DNA of 32,000 nt from Deinococcus radiodurans R1 = ATCC 13939 = DSM 20539 (GTDB taxonomy: Bacteria > Deinococcota > Deinococci > Deinococcales > Deinococcaceae). Location of the stretch: assembly GCF_000008565.1 (NCBI RefSeq), contig NC_001264.1, positions 373,338 through 405,337 on the forward strand. The letters are read 5' to 3'. Below, one piece after another: positions 27,103 to 32,000 of this stretch. The first letter of the stretch is position 1. The number at the start of each line of letters is the position of its first letter. The translations under genes and the position numbers were made by a program. The notes beneath the pieces are model-generated. The model saw nothing but the letters and a program-made list of their open reading frames with translations, did not search any database and was not told the origin of the DNA.

Positions 27103-28058
27103 TTCGCCTGACAGGCTGCCATGAAGTCGTCCGGTTCATCCAGATGCAGGCTGACCCGCCGCGCCTCGCGCTCGCTGCCGAAGAGGCCCCAGAGCCGCAC
27201 CGGCTCGGCAAAGGTCAGGGTCACGTTGGGCTTCACGTCAATGGCGATCCTCAGGGCGTCCCCGTCGGTTTCAAGGCAATAGGGCGCGGCCCCGGCTACG
27301 TTCGCCAGCGGGGTGCTGCCGGTCCAGTGCAGGCCACTGCGGAGGTACAGCCGCTGCCCTCCGACTGTCACCGGGCGCAGACTCAGGGCGCGGGCATAGG
27401 CGAGGAGCCAAATGGCGCCCAAGACTTCCAGCACGGTCCAGCCCCACGCTGCCGACTCATTCCAGCGGGCGAGCAGGACGTGGGCCAGCAGGCCTTCCAC
27501 CAGAGTGGCGAACAGCAGCAGCGTGACGGTGGCTGAAGTCGCCGTGCCCCGGCGGGTGCCGAACGGTTGGCCGGTGGGCAGGCGAGGCCGCCGCACGAGA
27601 TGGCTGAGCATCAGCATGTCCTGAAGCACCAGCCGGACCCCGCGTGGCTGCGCCGAAAAGCGCGACCAGTACGCGTAGACCCGTTCCAGGTCATCCAGTT
27701 CGGCGTACCCCTCCGGCAGCGGCGTCCGCAGCCCGCGCCACGCGAACGCCGCGCCCACCAGCAGGCCGAACGCTTCCAACCACAGGGAGTGCCGCAACAA
27801 CGGAAACACCAGACCGGCGAGCGCCACGCCGCGCAGCACGATGCCGAGCAGGGGCCGCCAGTGCCGTTCCTGGCGCGGTGTGACCAGAAAAACGAGGGCG
27901 GCGGTGGTGAGGGTCGCGTCGAAAAGGGCCGCGTGCGCGAGGCGCGGCGTGTCTTGCGGAAAGCGCACGCTCAGGGCCAGCGCCGCTGTCAGGACAAACG
28001 CGGGCCACAGCCAGGCCAGGCGGCGAGGAAAGGGGACCGCACGCAGCGTTTGCACCAT
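27099..28058 (-). CDS. Integral membrane protein of unknown function
   Basis: Several hydrophobic helices are visible (LAWLWPAFVLTAALALSV, LTTAALVFLV, VALAGLVFPLL, AFGLLVGAAFAW, TVTLLLFATLVEGLLAHVLLA, VLEVLGAIWLLAYA). A soluble tail of about 90 aa follows. Its stop overlaps the start of the App1-like gene (ATGA). Confidence 0.55.
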   Translation of the reverse strand: MVQTLRAVPFPRRLAWLWPAFVLTAALALSVRFPQDTPRLAHAALFDATLTTAALVFLVTPRQERHWRPLLGIVLRGVALAGLVFPLLRHSLWLEAFGLLVGAAFAWRGLRTPLPEGYAELDDLERVYAYWSRFSAQPRGVRLVLQDMLMLSHLVRRPRLPTGQPFGTRRGTATSATVTLLLFATLVEGLLAHVLLARWNESAAWGWTVLEVLGAIWLLAYARALSLRPVTVGGQRLYLRSGLHWTGSTPLANVAGAAPYCLETDGDALRIAIDVKPNVTLTFAEPVRLWGLFGSEREARRVSLHLDEPDDFMAACQAK

Positions 28059-28150
28059 GAGTCAGGGTAGATGAAGCGCAACTGACGAAGTGTCCCATCC
28101 ACCCTAGCCCCGTCCTCCAGCCACGCGGCACAGCCCGCTAGATTGACCGC

Positions 28151-29563
28151 ATGAAGTACGTCTCCACCCGCAGCCAGACCGACCTCGGCAGCTTTTGCGA
28201 TGTGCTGCTCTCCGGCCTCGCGCCCGACGGGGGGCTGGCGATGCCCGCTTTCATCCCGACCTTCAGCGCGGCGGAGCTGGAGGCCCTGCGCGGCCTGAGC
28301 TACCCCGACCTCGCCTACGCGGTGATGCGGCCCTTCATCTCCGACATCCCCGAGGCCGACCTGCGGGCGCTGCTGCACGCGACCTACCGCGCCGAGGTGT
28401 TCGGCAGCCCGGACATTACGCCGCTGACACCCCTGGGCGAGTCGGGACTTTACCTGCTCGAACTCTCCAACGGCCCCAGCCTCGCCTTCAAGGACATGGC
28501 GATGCAGTTTATGGGGCACGCCTTCGAGTATGTGCTGGAAAAGCGCGACCAGCGCGTGAATATCCTCGGCGCGACGTCGGGCGACACCGGCAGCGCCGCC
28601 GAGTACGCGATGCTCGGCAAGGCGCGGGTCAACGTCTTCATGCTCTCGCCGCAGGGCCGCATGAGCGCCTTTCAGCAGGCGCAGATGTACAGCCTGAATG
28701 AGCCAAATATTTTCAACATCGCCATCGAGGGCGTGTTCGACGACTGCCAAGACCTCGTGAAAGAGGTGAACGCCGACGCGGAGTTCAAGGCGAAGTACCA
28801 CATCGGCGCCGTCAACTCGATCAACTGGGGCCGGGTGCTCGCGCAGGCGGTGTACTACTTCCGGGCGTACTTTGCGCTGGGACTGCCTGCGGATGCCGAG
28901 GCCGATTTCTCGGTGCCGAGCGGCAATTTCGGCAACGTGTTCGCCGGCTACCTCGCCAAACGGATGGGCCTGCCGGTCGGCCAGCTCATCGTTGCCAGCA
29001 ATGAAAACGACGTGCTGCACGAGTTTTTCACCACCGGCAGCTATCACGTCCGCCCGGCAGCGCGGGTGGCGGTCACGTCGAGCCCCAGCATGGACATCGG
29101 CAAGGCGAGCAACTTCGAGCGCTACCTCTACCTGATTGCCGGGGCCGACGCGGTGCAGACGGCGGGCTGGTGGGACGAAGTCGGCGCGGGCCGCCCGGTG
29201 GAACTGCGCGACACGGCGCACTGGCCGGAGATTCAGAGCAGCGGCTTTCGCGCGGGCAAAAGCACCCACGCCGACCGGCTGGCGACCATCCGGCGGGTGG
29301 ACGAGCAGTTTGGCCGCCTGATCGACCCCCACACCGCCGACGGCGTGCTGGCCGGCGAGGGGTTCCGGCGCAGCGGCGTGCCGATGGTCTGTCTGGAAAC
29401 CGCCCTGCCCGCTAAATTCGAGGAAACGGTGCGCGAGGCGGTGGGCCGCGTGCCCGAGCGCCCCACACGCTTTGTCGGCATCGAAAGCAAGGAGCGCTTC
29501 TGCGACGTGCTGCCCAACGACGCGGCGGCGCTCAAGGCATATCTGGCGGCTAAACTCGGCTGA
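28151..29563 (+). CDS. thrC: Threonine synthase (long form)
   Basis: The N-terminus is MKYVSTRSQ...FCDVLLSGLAPDGGLAMP. The PLP lysine is in GPSLAFKDMAMQF. Also present are ATSGDTGSAA and VPSGNFGN. Length is 470 aa. Confidence 0.88.
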   Translation: MKYVSTRSQTDLGSFCDVLLSGLAPDGGLAMPAFIPTFSAAELEALRGLSYPDLAYAVMRPFISDIPEADLRALLHATYRAEVFGSPDITPLTPLGESGLYLLELSNGPSLAFKDMAMQFMGHAFEYVLEKRDQRVNILGATSGDTGSAAEYAMLGKARVNVFMLSPQGRMSAFQQAQMYSLNEPNIFNIAIEGVFDDCQDLVKEVNADAEFKAKYHIGAVNSINWGRVLAQAVYYFRAYFALGLPADAEADFSVPSGNFGNVFAGYLAKRMGLPVGQLIVASNENDVLHEFFTTGSYHVRPAARVAVTSSPSMDIGKASNFERYLYLIAGADAVQTAGWWDEVGAGRPVELRDTAHWPEIQSSGFRAGKSTHADRLATIRRVDEQFGRLIDPHTADGVLAGEGFRRSGVPMVCLETALPAKFEETVREAVGRVPERPTRFVGIESKERFCDVLPNDAAALKAYLAAKLG

Positions 29564-29586
29564 AGTCAGCGGTTCAAGGCAACGAC

Positions 29587-30702
29587 CTACCCGTCACGCC
29601 CCCAACGCGACACCCGGCGAATGACCCAGGCGATTGCCAGCAGCGACAGCAGATAAGACCCGAAACCCCAGACCCAGAACGCCCGCTCGCTCGCTATCTT
29701 CTGAGTCAGGTACTCGAAGTTCTGACCGAAAAACCCCGTGAGGAAGGTCAGCGGCAGAAAAATGGTGGACACCACCGTGAGCTGCCGCGCCACCTCACTC
29801 TGTTGCTGAGCGGCGAGCGACTGGTACACGTCGAACACCCGCTGACTCAGGTCGCGCTCGGCGCCGAGGCGTTCGACCACCCCTATCGCGTGGTCGTGGA
29901 CATCGCGGTAGTACGGCGCCTGGGCCGGGCCGCCGACAGGCGCCTCCTCCGGCGCGTGCACGAAAGTTGGCAGGGTGTCGCGCAGCGACAGGGCGACGGT
30001 GTAAGCCTCATGGGTGACTTCCTCAAGCGAAAAAATGCGCTGAAGCAGCTCGGGATGCACGACCTGGCTGCGCGTCATCGTCGTGCGGACCTCGCGCAGT
30101 TCGCGCTCAATCTGGTCGGTCAGCTCGCGCAGATTGTCCACGATGGTGTCCAGAATCACGTAGGTCAGCGAACTGGCACTGGAACGCCACGCGGCGGGGA
30201 CAAGTTGCCAGCGCTCCACGATTTCCTCGTCGGCGAACAGCGGCTGATGCTGAATGGTCAGTACGAACCGTTGCCCGATAAACAGCGCCATTTCGTGCAG
30301 TTGCAAGCGGTCCTGCGACGGCAAGGAGGCGCCGTGCAGCACCACGAACCAGAAGGTGTCGTAGGGCTCCACCTTGACCCGCTGCCCACCCACGAGCGCG
30401 TCCTCGATCGCCAGCGGGTGCAGGTCGAACGGCTCGCGCAGGGCTTCGAGGTCGGCGGGGTCCGGGTTGACCAGATCGAACCACACGAACGCCTGCGGGT
30501 CGTCCAGCAGCCCACGCGCGAGGTTCAGGTCCAGCGGAAGGTGCCGCACCTTGCCGTCCCGGAACACATGCGCCTCGGCATGGGGCGCGGGTTGACCACT
30601 TCCATCCAGCAAAGGGTCGCCCGGTCCGGCGTCTGTCGGAGGACGTGGCGGCGCCGACTGGGAAGAAGGAGACGTGGCATCCGCAGCGGGAGAAGCGGCC
30701 AT
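29587..30702 (-). CDS. corA: CorA-family divalent cation transporter with a GQN instead of GMN signature
   Basis: The cytosolic domain shows WFDLVNPDPADLEALREPFDLHPLAIED. Two C-terminal TM helices flank LTGFFGQNFEYL. The start is uncertain: ATG 30702, ATG 30714/30711, or TTG 30762. Confidence 0.75.
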   Translation of the reverse strand: MAASPAADATSPSSQSAPPRPPTDAGPGDPLLDGSGQPAPHAEAHVFRDGKVRHLPLDLNLARGLLDDPQAFVWFDLVNPDPADLEALREPFDLHPLAIEDALVGGQRVKVEPYDTFWFVVLHGASLPSQDRLQLHEMALFIGQRFVLTIQHQPLFADEEIVERWQLVPAAWRSSASSLTYVILDTIVDNLRELTDQIERELREVRTTMTRSQVVHPELLQRIFSLEEVTHEAYTVALSLRDTLPTFVHAPEEAPVGGPAQAPYYRDVHDHAIGVVERLGAERDLSQRVFDVYQSLAAQQQSEVARQLTVVSTIFLPLTFLTGFFGQNFEYLTQKIASERAFWVWGFGSYLLSLLAIAWVIRRVSRWGRDG

Positions 30703-30821
30703 GCGCCACATCATAAGCGCCGCTGTGCTCGCTGCCGACCGAGGAGTCAGGGAAAACGACAAAAGCTGTGTAGGGCTCGCCGACGCTCAGGCCGGCGAAT
30801 CGGCTAGAGTCCGCCTCACTC

Positions 30822-31412
30822 ATGGCCCGGCCCTCCTCTCCCCCCGGCAACGAGCTGTCCACCGACCCCGCTCAGCTCGAAGGGCTGCTGCGCGAAAACG
30901 CCGAAATCAACCGCCTGCTGCGCGAACAGGCCGAGCTGGGGCTCACGCAGCTTCACCGGCCCATCGAGCAACTCGGGGTGCTGCTCAGCCGCCCGGCGGT
31001 GGTCGTCACGGCGTTTGTCCTGTTTCTGCTGTGGATCGTGCTCAACCTCGACATCAAGGTGATCACCCACAAGCCCTGGGACGAGCCGCCGTTTTTCTGG
31101 CTTCAGGGACTGATCGGGCTGCTGAGCCTGATTACCACCGTGACTGTGTTAATTTCACAGGCGCGGCAGGCGCAACTCGCCGAGCAACGGGCGCAACTTC
31201 AGTTGCAGATCGTCCTGCTCACCGAGCAGCGCAGCGCCAAGATCATCGCCCTGCTGGAAGAACTACGCCGCGACCTGCCCAACGTGCGCGACCGCCCCGA
31301 CCCCGAAGCCGAGGCGCTGAAACAGGCGAGCGACCCCGAGGCCATTCTGGAAGCGCTGCAAACCCTGGAAGAAGGCGGCCCGACCAGCCTGCCTGCCAGG
31401 GAAGACGGCTGA
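30822..31412 (+). CDS. DUF1003-like membrane protein
   Basis: Two TM helices are present ([32 protein letters not shown]). The between-helix [10 protein letters not shown] and the following [18 protein letters not shown] coiled segment resemble the DUF1003 layout. The assignment is by eye. Confidence 0.5.
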   Translation: MARPSSPPGNELSTDPAQLEGLLRENAEINRLLREQAELGLTQLHRPIEQLGVLLSRPAVVVTAFVLFLLWIVLNLDIKVITHKPWDEPPFFWLQGLIGLLSLITTVTVLISQARQAQLAEQRAQLQLQIVLLTEQRSAKIIALLEELRRDLPNVRDRPDPEAEALKQASDPEAILEALQTLEEGGPTSLPAREDG

Positions 31413-31442
31413 ACAGTGAGCGGTGACCGCAGACGAACCCCT

Positions 31443-32000
31443 ATGCTGCGGGGCATGTCCCCTTCTTCCCTGCTCGACGCCGTGGTGGTCGGCGCCGGTC
31501 CCAACGGTCTCGCGGCGGCGGTCACCCTGGCGCGCGCCGGGCTGCGGGTGCAGGTGCTCGAGGCGCATGAGCGCGTGGGCGGTGGCCTGAGCAGCGCCGA
31601 ACTCACCCTGCCCGGCTTCGTGCATGACGTGGGCTCGGCCATTCACCCGCTCGCCGCCGCCTCGCCCGCATTCCGGGAGTGGCCGCTGCACGCTTTCGGG
31701 CTGCGCTGGATTCACCCGCCGGCACCGCTGGGACAAACGCTCGCGGGCGGCGGCAGCGTGACGCTCGAGCGCGACCTCAGCGCGACTGCTGCGGTCCTGG
31801 GCGCCGACGGCCCCGCCTGGGAACGCCTCTTCGCGCCGCTGGTGCAGGAGTGGGAAGAGCTGCTGGACGATATTTTGCGGCCTCTCCCCCACGTGCCGCG
31901 CCACCCGTTCACGCTCGCCCGCTTCGGCCTGCGGGCGCTGCCTCCGGCTGACCTGCTGGGCCGCACGCTCTTTCGCACGCCGCAGGCCCGCGCCCTGTGG
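31443..32000 (+). CDS. FAD/NAD(P)-binding oxidoreductase, phytoene-desaturase-related, 3'-truncated by the window edge
   Basis: This ORF is not in the track because it has no stop. My hand translation from ATG 31455 (or 31443) gives [44 protein letters not shown]..., a Rossmann GxGxxG dinucleotide fold. The frame stays open to position 32000. Confidence 0.7.
   Translation, partial: MLRGMSPSSLLDAVVVGAGPNGLAAAVTLARAGLRVQVLEAHERVGGGLSSAELTLPGFVHDVGSAIHPLAAASPAFREWPLHAFGLRWIHPPAPLGQTLAGGGSVTLERDLSATAAVLGADGPAWERLFAPLVQEWEELLDDILRPLPHVPRHPFTLARFGLRALPPADLLGRTLFRTPQARALW

Overview
This is a high-GC window with Arg/Gly/Ala-rich shadow ORFs on every antisense frame. One protein (7828..8682, minus) matches my memory of Deinococcus radiodurans PprA, next to a LexA repressor, so I infer Deinococcus, probably D. 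radiodurans chromosome II. That assignment rests on recollection, not a search. Gene order is as follows:
- An S8 lipoprotein protease followed by a TPR/HD-GYP/GGDEF c-di-GMP protein.
- On the minus strand: a succinate-semialdehyde-type ALDH, lexA, an erythromycin-esterase-like gene, and pprA with an RDRM-type palindrome over its promoter.
- A metallo-beta-lactamase-fold gene, a second ALDH, and an MsbA-like ABC exporter.
- A roughly 12.4 kb chemosensory operon (13757..26196): CheY, CheW, three MCPs, a CheA-REC hybrid split by a frame change, a degenerate-REC/DUF4388(PATAN) protein, and a REC-Roadblock/LC7 fusion.
- An App1-like phosphatase with a membrane partner, thrC, a CorA with a GQN motif, a DUF1003 membrane protein, and a 3'-truncated FAD oxidoreductase.

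No tRNA, rRNA, CRISPR array or IS element was seen.

The most interesting part is the type-IV-pilus/Tax-like chemosensory system. It has no CheR/CheB in the window, two unusual output proteins, mosaic MCP paralogs and a split cheA. All domain calls are motif recognition by eye and need HMM or BLAST confirmation.
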